A DNA stretch of 63,818 nucleotides from Lama guanicoe (Eukaryota), in assembly GCA_013239625.1 (NCBI GenBank), contig MU056765.1, positions 1,938,485 to 2,002,302 on the forward strand, written 5' to 3'. Numbering within the stretch: the stretch's first letter is position 1; the number at the start of each line of letters is the position of its first letter. This document shows, one piece after another, positions 1 through 13,900 of this stretch. The translations under genes were made by a program, and so were the position numbers. The notes under the pieces are model-generated. The model made no database searches and was not told where the DNA came from. It worked only from the letters and a program-made list of their open reading frames with translations.

Positions 1-11
1 CGTCCACTCAG
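1..11 (+). CDS. EPG5: Probable 3' end of the preceding EPG5 exon (..S-T-Q)
   Basis: cg tcc act cag|gtaggc is a phase-0 donor, compatible with the phase-0 start of the exon at 1393. Only 11 nt are visible. Confidence 0.55.
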
Positions 12-1094
12 GTAGGCAGTCCACTGCGGACCGTTTGTTATTTTTGTGAGCTTTAATATTGTTATCATCCTTATTAATACATTACTACTAACCTAAAATA
101 ACTAACATCTATTTAGCGCTTACTATGTGTAAGAATCCTTTTCCGTTTAATCCTCACTATAGCTCCCTGCTGAGGTACCACTGCTGCTCCTGTTTCACAG
201 AGGAGTTAACTGAGGTTCCTGGAGTCAAGCGGCCGCCCCAGGGTCAGACAGCTCCACATCAGACTCCACCTGCCTGCCTGCAGAGCCCGGCCGGCAGCAG
301 GGCAGGGTTAAGAGCGGGCGCTGGAGCCAGACCGCCTGGGCTTTAGTCTCAGTTGTGCTATTTGCTAGCGCTGTGCCTTGGGCAGCTGGCTTACCTCTGC
401 GTCCTCAGTTTCCCTGTCTGTCAAATGGGAATAATGATCACACCTCCATGTAAACCACTCAGAACAGTGCTTCCCAGGTGTTGGCTGCTACGGTTGTTGT
501 CATTATCATTAATTAACAGCATTATTTTCATTATTGTTACCACCTCTCAGACTTTGTGTGTCCAGTTGTGCGTCACTTAAATCAGTGGTGACATCTGTCA
601 CCTTCCTATGATAGTCTTACCTCCTGCTCTTCATACCTCTTGTGGGCCAGCTGAAACACACTCCGTGCTGCCACCTTGCGTGCATCTCTGGCATTCCCAT
701 CTCTGCCTCACTGATGCTCTTACCAGGCATGCCCTCCCCTCCAGTCCCCAAGCTGAGCCTTCTCTGATGTAGCTGCCTTCTCTGACCGCGCCCTTCCTCC
801 TCTGGTTTCCCATAGCACTTGACCCCTGGTTTAATACTCATACTTCTCACTTTACGTTTTGGTTACTTATATATTAGTCTTGTCTCCTCTGGTCAATGGA
901 AGACTTCCTGAGGTCGGAGCTCACGTGTGGTCCTCTTTCCTGCCCTCTGCATGCATGACCTGCCCACTAGATACTGTTGAGCGAACTAACATCCTCTGTT
1001 ACTACAGTAGCCTTTCCAAAGGAACATAACATTTTTCAGTGACCTACTTTGTCTAAATTTATAAGAATAGAAATAGGTATAAAAACTATATGTT

Positions 1095-1253
1095 GGCGGG
1101 GAGGGTATAGCTCAAGTGGTAGAGCGCATGCTTAGCATGCACAAGGTCCTGGGTTCAATCCCCAGTCCCTCCTCCACATAGAGATAAATCAGTAAACTTA
1201 ATTACCTCCCCCTCATAAAATAAATCTGAAAAAAAAAGTTTAAAAAGCAAAAC
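1095..1253 (+). mobile_element. tRNA-Ala-derived SINE (Vic-1-like)
   Basis: A box tagctcaagtgg, B box gggttcaatccc, A-rich tail; TSD aaaactatatgtt (1082-1094) / aaaactgtgtgtt (1254-1266). Confidence 0.9.
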
Positions 1254-1392
1254 AAAACTGTGTGTTAATTTCAGACAGTATAAATAATTTTTGAGATTTA
1301 TGATCCAAAAGATGTTGATCTGTGGCGTATCAGCATGTGCTTTGTGTGAGTCAGCAGCTCATCCCCCTCGCCTTTGCCTGGTGTCACTGTAG

Positions 1393-1515
1393 GTCTGGTT
1401 TGCGTGGACCGTCCTGAACGTGGAATCCATCTTTGAAGAAGACTCCCAGCTCCGAAGAGTTGTTGAAGGGGAGCTGGTCATAAACGCTGCGTTCGGCCCC
1501 GACCAGGCTCTGAAG
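1393..1515 (+). CDS. EPG5: EPG5 coding exon (VWFAWTVL...DQALK), 123 nt
   Basis: tgtag|gtc...aag|gtgcaa; phase 0/0. Confidence 0.95.
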
Positions 1516-4500
1516 GTGCAAATAGCGGTTCCGCATTTGAGTGGTAGAAGGTGGTTCACACTTGGATGCTGACGGATTCCCCTAGAGCTTTTGGGCAGAA
1601 GGGTTTTCTTTTGTTGCAACTGTTTGGAAAACACAATGACCAAACTAATGCTTAACATGGTTTAACTGAAGTATATACTTTTTTCCTAAGATTCATTTAA
1701 CATTGCGAGTCACAACCTAATAGTTTGAGGCTGTGTTCATTGCATGTACAGAGGGGATTGCCATTGTTTTGAACCCCTGGAGAGCTTGTTAAAAAGCAGA
1801 CTCCTGGACCCCATTTTCTGAGTTTCTGAGTCTGGAGTGGGACCAGGAGTTTATTTTTAAAAACTCCCTAGCTGATCCTTAGCCTCACTTTATGAAGTGT
1901 GGGAAAGTCTGGAATAAGGCTTTAGAATTAAAGACCTTCTATTTTAGGGTCCTATAGTGTGCACTTTGCTTTTGGATTTCAGAGCCTGTCAAGGAGTTTA
2001 TCATTCTTGAAAGCCCATTTAAAATCTGAATTTTCAAGATAAACTTTGACAGTAAAATTTAGTTTGGTTTTCATATTATTCTACTCCCTTGTGCTGTAGT
2101 GTTTTATATGGAAGCAAAATTAGATGAGGTGATGCTCAAGACCCATTCCAATTCTGGGCTCTGTGAAATTTTTGCCAAAAACCCCTAAAAAGCTGCCTCA
2201 CATCTTGCTACTAAGAAGGTGAAAGTGTTAGCTAGTGGGTTAGAGAAGTAAGGTTTATGTGACTTTTTTATTTTTAACTGAATTGAAAACAAAATGTTTT
2301 CATTTGGATCACATAGAAAGAGGTGACTGCTTGCAGTTGTGGTTGTTTCATGGTTGCTCAAAGCTGCACCTCTTTTGTAGAAAGCCCAGGCCCAGCTGAA
2401 GCTCCCCATCGTCCCCTCCCTCCAGAGGCTGCTGATTTATCGTTGGGCCCACCAGTCTCTCGTCACGCCTTCCGACCATCCCCTTCTGCCGCTCATTTGG
2501 CAGAAGTTCTTCCTCCTGTATCTTCACCGCCCAGGACCACAGTACGGGTATGGTACCCAGGGTGGTACTTGACGTGAATCAGTTCCTGCCTTTGCACTGA
2601 CTGCTCTGCTGCTCTGTGTTGTCACACTGTGGCGTGTGAGTTAGAGTCGTTCTCTGACTAGGAACCTCTCTCCTGTCCTGTTTCACATCTGTTAGACTCG
2701 ACCTTTTCTGAGGTCAGGGTATCTTGTGACAGCCCTCTCTCTTTACCACCCCCAAACCCAGTGTGGTGAAGGCCACACCCTGGAACTGAGCAAGGATTAG
2801 CAGAGAGCCTCTGGAGATGCAAAGGGAGAGAAACTGTCCCAAACCGAGGCTGCTTGTGTGACTGTCTTGGGGCTTATTTGAGGGGACCTGTGATGGGTAC
2901 GCCAGGCTGTGCCTGGGGTGGATGGGCTGGGGTGTCCGGCATTTCTGCTGGGAGTAAAGGGACTCTGGCCAGCTGGACCTGCCCACTGTCACTGACCACT
3001 GCTGTCTGGCTTCAGCTCCATTCCGGGTTCACCACACTCCCTTAACTCACTCCGCTGAAGCAGACAGATGTTGATTCTTTTATCACGTCTGTTTTTTGCC
3101 AGATTGCAGGCTGTTCAGGAGCAGAGAGTATCTTGAATGTCTTCTGTACAAAGTGGTGATAGTATCTTGAATTTGCATAACGTTTCATTCTTTTTAAAAG
3201 CTGCTTTCATTTATGCCATCTTGTTGGAGCCTTACGATAACCATTGAGATAGAAATAATATGTGTTAATTTAATGAGGTAAATACACAGCCATAAGAAGT
3301 CGACTTGGTAACTGACTGCAATTTTGTGTCACCTAGAAGGAGCAGCTTGCGTTGACCCTGTTGTGATCTGTGCTTGCATTTTTTAAGGTTACCCATAGAT
3401 GGTTGTATTGGAAGAAGGTTTTTTCAAAGCCCTGCTCATATCAGCTTGTTGAAAGAAATGAAGAGGCGCCTGACTGAGGTGGCTGACTTCCACCACGCGG
3501 CCAGCAAGGCCCTCCGCGTCCCAGCAGAGGGCAGTGAAGGGCCGCCGGCGAGCCAGCCGGGCCCCGCCGCTTACCTGACCTCCCCGGAGCTGCACACGGA
3601 GCTCGTGAGGTTGGCTCTTCAGCCATTTATGTTGTTGTTTGCAGCGCAGGCACCGTGCTGAGCCGTGATTTGTGTTACAAACTGCTGGATGTATTCTTTT
3701 AACCTGTTAGATTGAACGCGGAAGGTGGTTTTGGCGACAGGTCTGCATCTTGTAATGTTTTTATGAGACGTGAATGAGCAGGTGCCTGGAGTCTGAGTGA
3801 AAATTCTTAAACCAGAGGGCTGGTGTCCTCTTGTATTTCTTTATTCAATATCAGAAACAAATCAAAACAATTGGTCATGGCAGGTTAACAGCTAGAAAAG
3901 CCTGCTAGGAGAGCTCTCTGAAAGAAACAGACACCTCAAGCAAGGTTCTTTAAGTGGGGTTCATAGACCCTCAAGGGAATTCTGGGGTCTACCGGGGGTG
4001 CAGTGGATTCTTAATCTCCCAAAACTGTTTCTAAAAATAGGCACAATATTTGCATTGCCCCCAAAAGTTAAGAACTCTGAAGTTAGTTTTGGTCCCCTTC
4101 GCACTGTTCCTCCACCTTTCATCTGTAAGCTTGATATGAACCAGACATTCCTCTTATAAATAAGACTTAATTAATAAAAACGGCTCTTAATAATTAACCC
4201 TATATACACAGTGTCTCATTTAGGAAACCCAGCATTTCGACCTAGCACTGAGGCTTCAGGCTTGCTTAACCTCAAAGCCTTAGGGCTTCTCTCAGCCTCC
4301 AGAAAGATCTCTCCCCTTCTCTGACTTGCTTAAGGGGAAACTTATTTTTAGCTGGGCTTAACCAGTGGGAAGGCTTTGTCTTTGAATGCTTCAGTCAGCT
4401 GGGAAAGTCTTTGATGTTCCCTCCTGCCCTCCTTTGGCACGATGTGAACTTGCCACGGAATCGAGTCAGAAGCTGGGAGGGAGCTCCATCCCGGCCCCTC

Positions 4501-6108
4501 CCCTTTAAGAGCCTCAAAGCCCTGTCCCTGGTCCCTTCCAGCACAGACTGGTATGGAGATAAAGGCGGTATTTTTCCACTTTATTGAGTAAAGCCCAGTC
4601 CCACCACTGGTCCGCCACCCGGTTTATTTGTGTGTAATTTGTGTGCTGTAGACGCTTCTGGTACCTGTTGCTGCAAATAACTGCTTCACATACCAGTGAT
4701 CTTAACTCACATGGACTGTGTTCCTTGTAAAACAAAACAAAATAAAAACAAAGGAAACATTATTAAATTTTTAGAGGAGTTTTTACTGGAAAGTCAAGTT
4801 TTTTTTTTTCTTTTTAAGCCTGGCTTTGTTCTCTTCTTGATGAGAACAGGGTGCATACGTGCTGTGAATTCTACTTGTGGTTCCTTGAGGCAGGAGATTG
4901 TCATTGAGCCTGAAGCTGGCAGGTTCTTCCAATGCATAAGTTTAAAAGGGCTTTTAATGTTTTCTCTGGAAGACAGAAATTGTGTTTATTTGAATGTTTT
5001 TTGAATTTTTCCAAGCACCAAGGCTTGCTGTGACTGGATTGCCCAGGAAAGAAAAGCTCCCAATTCAGATCCTTGGTCTGTGTTAAAATCACCTTCTCCA
5101 GTTATTTTTTTCTGTGGACTGTATTTAACCCTACTTTAGTAATACAGTTCACAGAGCCCTTTCTTCATGCCTTTTGTTTAAGCAATTATTGCATCATGTT
5201 GAAATGATTTGTGACCTGTCTTTATCCCCTGCTGGCCCTTCTTGGGCGTGTGATGGTTGCTGGAAACATTTTCTGTATTATGTGCTTCTGAACTTTTATA
5301 CGGTAGTGCCAGTGTTCCTAGAGATGTAAGGAACTTCATTGGCCTGCACATATTTTAACATTTTATATAATTATGTTTTTTTTTCTTTTAGGCTCTTCAA
5401 TGTTTATATATTATGGCTAGAAGATGAGAATTTTCAAAAAGGAGATACGTATATCCCTTCTCTGCCAAAGCACTATGATACCCACAGGCTGGCAAAAGTG
5501 ATGCAGAATCAGCAGGTAAAAACCACGGCAGTGTCTCTTCCAGCACATCCGGCTGCAGTTTGAATTGGTCACTTTTATAATCTAATGGTGAAACCCCTTA
5601 TTGATTTGGAAATGAGGTCATTTGGGTGGTCACTGTTGTTGTGGTTTCATCACTATATAAAATCACTTATGAAAATATGTGATTGTATTGAGGGGATGTT
5701 TCCTTTTGAATCTCAAGCCTCGCCCGAATGCTTGAAGCTTGTTCTGGGACCTTCTGCAGCCTCGTAAACACAGCCTTCTTCTGACAGTATTAGTCCTTGT
5801 TTTAAATTGTCAGCAGCTGAACACTTTGAAGCAGTCCTTTCTACTCCCATGGCAAGTTCAGTGTAAGGATTTATCAAGAGTCATGCATTACACAGGAAGT
5901 TAATAGCAGGAGGAGGTAGGGAGCTCCCATTTGTTCACCTTTGGAGATGACTGACTTGGAGGTGTCACATTTTGGTTGCCCTTCTGGAGACAGTCAGTTC
6001 TAGTCTTCTCATATTCTAAGCTGTTCTCTCCCAGATGCACAAACAAAGACATCTATGGTCTTTTTTTAGGCCAAAACTTCTGAGTTTTCTCTAAGCTTTT
6101 GATAACCA

Positions 6109-6151
<43 letters not shown>

Positions 6152-7869
6152 TGTGTATAGACGTATCTCTCCTGTTCAGTTTTTTTTCCCTAGAGGCTGA
6201 GCTCTATGGGGCATTGACCTCAGCACTGGGATGAGATGTAGGATCCTCTAAGACTTGAGAGACGTTAATTTGGATCTTTACATCTCCTTGCTTCCACATC
6301 GTATACACTGTTTCATCTCTGGGTAGATGTCTTTGACTTCCTTCTGTTTTCCTTCCTTCTTCTCTGCTCTGCTTTCTTCTTTTCTTCCCTTCCATCTTTT
6401 GCCAAAAAACCAGGCTCTGTAGCCCGATAGTCGAATTGAGAGTTGGAGACAGAGTTTTGGGAGGATAGCAAAGAACAGCTTTGTTGCTTGGCCAGGCAAA
6501 GGGAGTCACAGCAGGCGAACGCCCTGAAGACTGTGAGCCCATCTTGGGGTAAGGGTCTTGGGGTTTTATAGAAAAGTGGGAACAGGAGCGTGATAACAGG
6601 GTGTGAGCAGGGGCTACATTCCTTTCACCTTGATAGGAACTTGCTGTTGTTACCGAGGAACTGAGGAGGGTCTGCCCATTTTCTTGAGGTTCACGCCATA
6701 GCCTTCTTTCAAGACCTCTAGAGTAAAAGGCTAAGTTACCCTAAGAAAAGAGTGCACAGGGAGGGGAGACTGTTAGTCATAAGGTCAGTTTGGCTAGAAG
6801 GGCTGGCCTGAACAGCTCAGTGGTCATCTTGTTAGTTTTCTGCCCTTTTACTTCCATGAGTATCTGTTGAATGCCTTTAAGGTGTCAGGTAGCTATTGTT
6901 CAAGGTAGAAAAAGACACCTGACATAGTCCCTGCTTTCAAGGTGCTTTCGATCAAATAGGGGACTAAATAATGATTATATCTGGTGATAAAGAGTGTGGG
7001 AGAGGACCGTGCAGGGTGCTGTGGAAACGGGAATGGCACCTGATTCAGATGGCTGCTGGAGTGTGACCTTTTAACTGAGCCCTGCAAGACAAATGGGAGT
7101 CTGTCAGGTTGAAAGGAAGGCATGGTGATGGGGTGTGGCAGAGAGAATGTTATCGGCAGGAAGTCTTTTTCCAAAGTCTTTGGAGAGCTATTGAAATAGC
7201 AGGAGTGATTAAATAAATGGACAAATTAAAACTATATTAAAGAAGAATCAGTGGAATCAATAGGATTTTTAGATTAGGGTTGAACCATAGTAGGGTAGAT
7301 GAGATGTATAGGGCCTCCCAAGTTCATAGCTTGGGTAGCTGGAGATGCCATGTTGGAGCTAATCCTAGAGTGTTTGATAACATATTTTAAAAGATGAGGA
7401 TAAAAACCACAAAGCCCCAAAGCATTTCCATCTGAAAAATATTAACAATAATTTCTTATATCAAATATCTAGACAGTGTTTAAATTTCCAATTATCTCAC
7501 AAATGTCATCAAAGTATTTTTTTTTAATTTACTTTTACAGTTTGTTTGAACTGGAGCCTGCATTTTATGATTGGTTGACAGTTCTTATGAATCTGTTTAA
7601 ATCTGTGGGTTCTCCCCTAATCCTTTTTAATTGCCGTTTATTTGTTGAAGAAACTGGGTAGCTTGTCCACAGAGTTTGCCCACAGTCTGAATTTTGCTGA
7701 TTATATCTTAGTATGTTAATATGTTTTTCTGTGCCGCGTATTTCCTGTGAACTGGTATTGGGACCTAGGGCTTGATATAATCCAGATCCATTTATTTTCA
7801 GTATATTTATTTTTAGCTCTTTAAAATTTCTGTTTTTTACCTATATCTTATAATTTACAAGTTCAGTAG

Positions 7870-7908
<39 letters not shown>

Positions 7909-10900
7909 TTCCAAATGTGATACACAATCAAAAAGTCTTAAGGTTCCTACGATTGTTAGGGTGCCCATTTTAAATGTGATCCATCCTAATGCTTGGAGAA
8001 CTTGGAATGGACCATCTCATGTTGAAACTTACTGGTTCACTTTATAGTAATATAGTTTTATATGTGAATATATGATTCATCTCTGAAAGTTAAAGTCCTG
8101 TGGTTCCGTTCTAGGACCTGTGGATGGAGTATTTGAACATGGAGCGCATACATTACGAGTTTCAGGAAACCATTGGTCTGTGGATGCAGGCCAAGCTGGA
8201 GTCCCATTCCACACCCTGCAGTCTGTCAGTGCAGCTGGACTTCACTGATCCGTTGTTGGGTGAGTTACATGAGTGAACAACAGACCCTTTGAATGAATGA
8301 ATGAGTGAATGAATGAATGAGTGAATGAATCAGAGCCATTAAAGGTTAAAATTCACACTGTGTATCCCTCGGTGAGAATTGCTTTTTTAGGACTTCGTTG
8401 TTAACTTGTCTGTCACTTAGGGTTAGATTATGCTGTGAATGAGAGAAACTCCAAAAACATTTAGGGCTTAAATATGATAGAGATTTGTTTTACTTTTTCA
8501 TGTAAAGGAGTGTGGAGGCAGGCGGTTCAGAGCAGTAGCTTCATAACCTGAAAGCCTTCCAAGGACCCCTGCTCCTGCTGTCTTGCTGCCCTACCTTCCT
8601 CGTGTGTGACATCCACTTAAGGCTCAAGACAGCTGCTTAAGCTTAAGCTGTTGCATTTGCATTCCATTCAGCAGGAAGGGGCCTCCCTCTTTTAAGAACT
8701 CTTTCAAGAAGCTGCTCATAGACCTTCTGGTTACATCTCCTTGGCCCACACTGAGACATGGCTCCCTCTGTGGTCCGTAGGGTTTCCCTGCGGTCTGGAT
8801 CTTGCTGATCATATCCTGGTGGTACAGTTTCATGTGTTTTTCTGTCCCCTGTATTTTGCTGTAAGTTGGTATTGGGAAAGTGATTACGTATTTGGTAGTT
8901 TGTTTTCTCCGTGATGCTTTAAAAAGACATTTAAATTGACTTACAATATGTAAAGTACAACTTAGAATTTAGTTATTTTCGGTTCGTAGTTTTAAAATTT
9001 AGAAGTCTTTTTCTTTCATGAGCTCTTTTCCTCTGTATCTGAAAGTCTTACCATACAAATGGATCAAAATTTCTAAGTTGGTTGCTTCTCACAGTGAGTT
9101 TTCCTAGAGAAACAATTTTATAAATTGTCAGTTGGTTTTCTATGCCAGGCCACCAAAGCTCATTTAACCTGCAAAGCTGATGACATATGTTATGACAAAA
9201 AATAATAGAAAATAATATTTGGGATCACTTACTAATTTAAATTACTGAATATGGAGGGAGGTTATAACTCAGTGGTAGAGTGTGTGCTTAGCATGCATGA
9301 GGTCCTGGGTTCAATTCCCAGTACCTCCATTAAAAATTAAAAAAATCAATTAAATAAATAAATAAACCTAAACACCCCCCCCCAAAGAAATCATTAAAAA
9401 ATGCAAAAACTTAAAAAAAATTCTTCCTAGAAAAGAAATAAATTACTGAATATGTTTTAAAAATGTAGGGCATATAAGAAAATTGTACATATAATTGTTG
9501 AACAAAATATTGTAATATGTAGTGTAATAGAGCACTGAGATGATTCAGAGAAAGGCCAAAATATATTCTTGTTCCAGCTCTGCCACTAACCAACTGGTTA
9601 GCTGTGTGATCAGAGAAAAGTAAGAACCTCTCTTGGCTTTAATTCACTCATCTGTAAATGAAGGTGTTAGCGGGGTAGTGAGACCCCTGAATTAGGAAGC
9701 CCACCAAAATGTGGATCCTAGCTGCTGGCTGTGAAAGAATTTGCAAGCAGAGGCAGAGGGACAAAGTGAAAAGTTGCTTTATTGCTCAAGGGAAGGGAAA
9801 AGGAAAGAGATGCACTTGCGCAGGGAGCCGTCAGCCAAGGTGGCCGGTGGAGACAGCTCCCGCTGTGGGCTGGACCATGTGGATTTCTATTGGAAGGTTC
9901 TGCCATCGTGTCCTCCTTCCGGGTGTGCTGGAACCAGTCACCTTTCTTTCCTGTCCTTGTGTGGGCTTTTCCTCTTGTTGTCATGGCAATCGTCAGCGGT
10001 CATGGCGCTGGTGAGTGTCATTTAGCATGCTAACACACTATAGTGAGCCTGTAACGAGGGGCGAGGGCCCCTGGCAGTCAAATCCTCTGCCATCTTGGAC
10101 CTCACTATTTCTAACCAGTTCTTGTTTCTTCTCTTCGAGGCTGCCTCCTGAGACTTAGGTAAGAGTACTTGGTTTCTGTTTGAGGAGAGGAGGGTAGGGG
10201 TATGACCCTGTGGGCAACAGCCTTGGTCACAGGTCACAAGATTACTGAAGGGGAGGCTGGGGAAGAGACCTGGTCATCATGCAGGTAGCTTCTCCCTTCT
10301 GGTGGCAGTTACAGTAAGTTACAGTATCTGTAAAACAGCTCAGGATTGTGCATCAGACAGTGAGTCTGTGACTGTTGTCCTAACCATCAGCTACTTGAGC
10401 CTGCTCTTTTATGACTCAGGAAGGCCTGGGAGACCTCAGCTTTTTGGTAAACAAGAAGCAGGGGTTGGAGGGGGCAGGGGTGCATGGTCCTACTCAATAT
10501 CAAAGGTGCTGAGTATCAAATGGACAGTGTTATCTAAGACTCTTAATTTTTTTTCCTCCAACATCTTTTCCCCTCCTTTTTTCCCTGAAATAATAATAGG
10601 TTTTTTTTTTCTGATTATAAAAGTTATATGAGTGCATTGAAAAAAAAATTAAGCAATATAGCAAAAAATGTAGGGGAAAGTATAAAAGTTGCCCTCAACC
10701 CAACCATATCAATTCTCATTTTTTTATTCCTGAAAGTTTGTTAAATAAGAGGAAGAGCTGTGTTTACAGATCTGTAAGCTGTTGAGTGTGTCTCTGGTTG
10801 TGTCTTAGCATCTCTGGTGCTTTCACATTTCCTAACATGGCCCTGAAAGACTGTTTTTCTCTAGAGTTAAGCTAGTAATTTATTAAGCCCTTAGTTTATT

Positions 10901-13900
10901 CCCAGCACTGTCTTAGCATTAACTCAGTCCTCCCGACAACCCTGTGAGAGTTATCCCGTCTGAGCAGGTAAGGACCCTGACGGGTAAGGTGGTGAGGTCA
11001 CCTGCCCGAGTCACAAAGCTGGGAAGGGACCCTGCTCTTCACCACGTGTCTTGTTTTTGGCCATCAGTACAGGTTGCATGCAGTTCTAAGTAAAATTAAG
11101 GCCTAGATTTTTAAATAATAAGTTTCATTTTTTCTCAGATGATATAGCAGGTTAGATGATGGTTATATGAAACAATTGAACTTGTAATTGTGATTGTGGG
11201 AAAATTTTCAGGAGCACTTCACAGATGATTGCATGCTTATGACACCAGTTTCTTGTTTTAAATTTATTGGCTGGCTTCATAATTTTTTTGTCAGTTGTGG
11301 TCCAGAGTTGTGATTATAGTTGTCAGTGCTCTGAATGAAGTTTTTTCTGTCTTTTATTTTGTATTTAAAGAATCACCATTGATTTTTTTTAATGATAAGC
11401 TATATTTTATTGGAAAAAGAGCCTCCTTTTTTGCCTTAGAATCATGACCTAACATTGCTTGAAAGAAACTTGAACGTAGTCAGAAGCCTTACCCAGTAGT
11501 GAATATCCAGCTTTATTGAATTCTGTGCAGAGTGGCAGTTCTAGTGGAAAAACCCCAGCTATAAGGGATGGTCTTGAACTTGACCTGTTTGGAATGTTAA
11601 ATTCCATCTGTTTGGGTTACAAACAATACAAGATTTCTTATGCCAAGTAAAGTCATGGCTATTAAATTTTCTTTAATTTTTCTAAACAAGAATAGAAAAT
11701 TGAACGCTATATCTGGAATGAGATCGGAAATTCATAGTGGTCCCTTAAGTACTTTGTTGATTAATTGACTTGAAGTTCCTTGGACCTCTCCTGACCTTTG
11801 TTATCTTATATGGCAGCATTTTTCTTCCCGTTCCTCGGTCACTGCCAGCCGTGCGGTAGGTGAATAGTGCAGTGAAGAGAAAGGAAGGGAAGATAGAAAT
11901 TCACTGGACACCTACTGTGTGCCTAGAACTAAGCACAGAAATATAAACGTTTAAGTTGGGTTGACCAGTATGAGACCATGTGCGATCCAGTGCAAAGTTG
12001 CATGGTACAGATGGACATTTATTTACCTTTATTTTTCTTATATGGTGGCTAATTTCTTATTTGGACACATAAACCATTTTTTGAGTGAATGCATAAATGA
12101 ATGAATGGACGAATAAATGACTATGACTGCAGAAATAAAAGATCTGTAGGAGTTTATGCTCACGTCTTTGTTCATTTTAATTCTACTGTTCTCAGGCCTC
12201 CTGTATGAACCTTGGCCCAATGTAAGATTTTTCACTCAGCTTTATCCCATAATGCCTATTCCTCTTTCTCCTATTCCTATGAAATTTATCTGGATGATTG
12301 CATTAAATGCTTAACTGGGCTCCCCGCCCCCTTCCCCTAGTCCATTGTCCGGATGACAGCTACCATCTTTCTGAAACTTGGCTTAGACTCATTCACTGGA
12401 TCCCTTTTACACCAGTGTCAAGTCCAAACACCTAACATGTCATGCAAAACTGTCTAGGGTGGTAATTTAAAATCACGAGCTGTAGGTCTTTAACTATCAT
12501 TAAGAATTTTTGAGGCTCGGAATTTTATTTAATCATAACACATGCTTCTGAGCTCTCAGCGCCTGGTAGAATATTATTAGGCCTGTGGGGGATCCCTCAA
12601 AACTCTCAAGTAACGAAAGATGATGGTTTTATTCATTTAGGGCTCTGGTGATTTAAATAACTATTCTTCAGATCTTTAGCATTCTTTAGGAAGCTAACAG
12701 ACTAGTTATGCAGTACGTTATGACCTGCTAGTAGCTATTATTCAGAAATATGACTTCATTGTTTTTCAGCTAAAGAAAGAGTTTTAAGTAACCTGCGGAA
12801 GCATGAGGACCCCCAGCCTCCCCTAGTTCTGCATCCAGTGAGGCCCCCTGTCCCAGTTATTTCCTCAGCCGTGCTCCTGAGTCAGAAGGACACCACCCAG
12901 ATGGCACGCGCAGACCTGAGTGTGTTGCAGCAGCAGGCCAGGTAAGACCGAGACCGCCAGCCTCGTGCTTTGACGGCCTGGATGAGTAGCACCCAGAAGG
13001 GCTTTGTCATCAGCCTTCTTAACCATAAGAGTAATTTGACTGGACTGGCTCACACAGTCACCTTAGTTAACCCAGCTGTGACAAGTCTTTTAATTTCACA
13101 CTGAAATTCTGTAGTGTTTTCATGGACTATATACATTGTACATGTATCTTGTGGTGGCATTTCTGAGGGTCAGCAGTGCCAGCTGTGTTTTTTCTTATGC
13201 TTCTCCTGAGGAAACCTTCTGATACTGGAAGATGGTGTCAAAAGGGAATGAAATGAGATTTACTCTCTTTGGTCACTTCTTTGCTCTCTAACTGTCCATA
13301 TTCTTTTAAGAATTGACAGAGATACTTGATCAAAGTATGGGAAAGTCATTTAGTGTTCTGAGTTCACGGTGGATATGGAATGATCAACTGTTTAAGGTTT
13401 TGACTCCAGCTGGTGATCCTGTGAAAAGGAGCGTGTGGAGTGAGTCTGTTTTATAAAGTAAAAGAGTTTATCTTTGCAAAACCCACGGGCATCAATCTCT
13501 TTTTGGCCCTTTTCTCCGTGGTGGTTTTTGGTCTAGTCATATATCTTAATCTTAACGGGCCGCCTGCACATTAACATAATGATACTTAAGGTTAGAACGG
13601 CGTTGACACCCATGTGAACAGTTAGCCTTCTCCGTCTCCACATCTCAGTTTGAGTGGCTAATACCTAAGAAGCCACCAGTGCTTACAAACAAGATGGCCC
13701 TTTAGGCTGATTGAATCGTGTTGGGACGCTCATTTGTTTTTATGTATTCAAGGGTCCGTTTAAAAACAGTTTTGATATAACACAGATTCTAGATGAAGCT
13801 TTGTTTCTGGCTAAAAAGTTGTCCTGTTTTCCTTCCTTTCTTAACTTGCTGGTTGGCGTGACTGCCGGCGAGGGGGTTTGGGTAAGTCCTGGCACACACA

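Noticed and set aside
1095-1180. Functional tRNA-Ala gene (also 9254, 45670, 48793)
   Set aside because: A-rich tails, TSDs, broken stems and multiple diverged copies identify these as SINEs.
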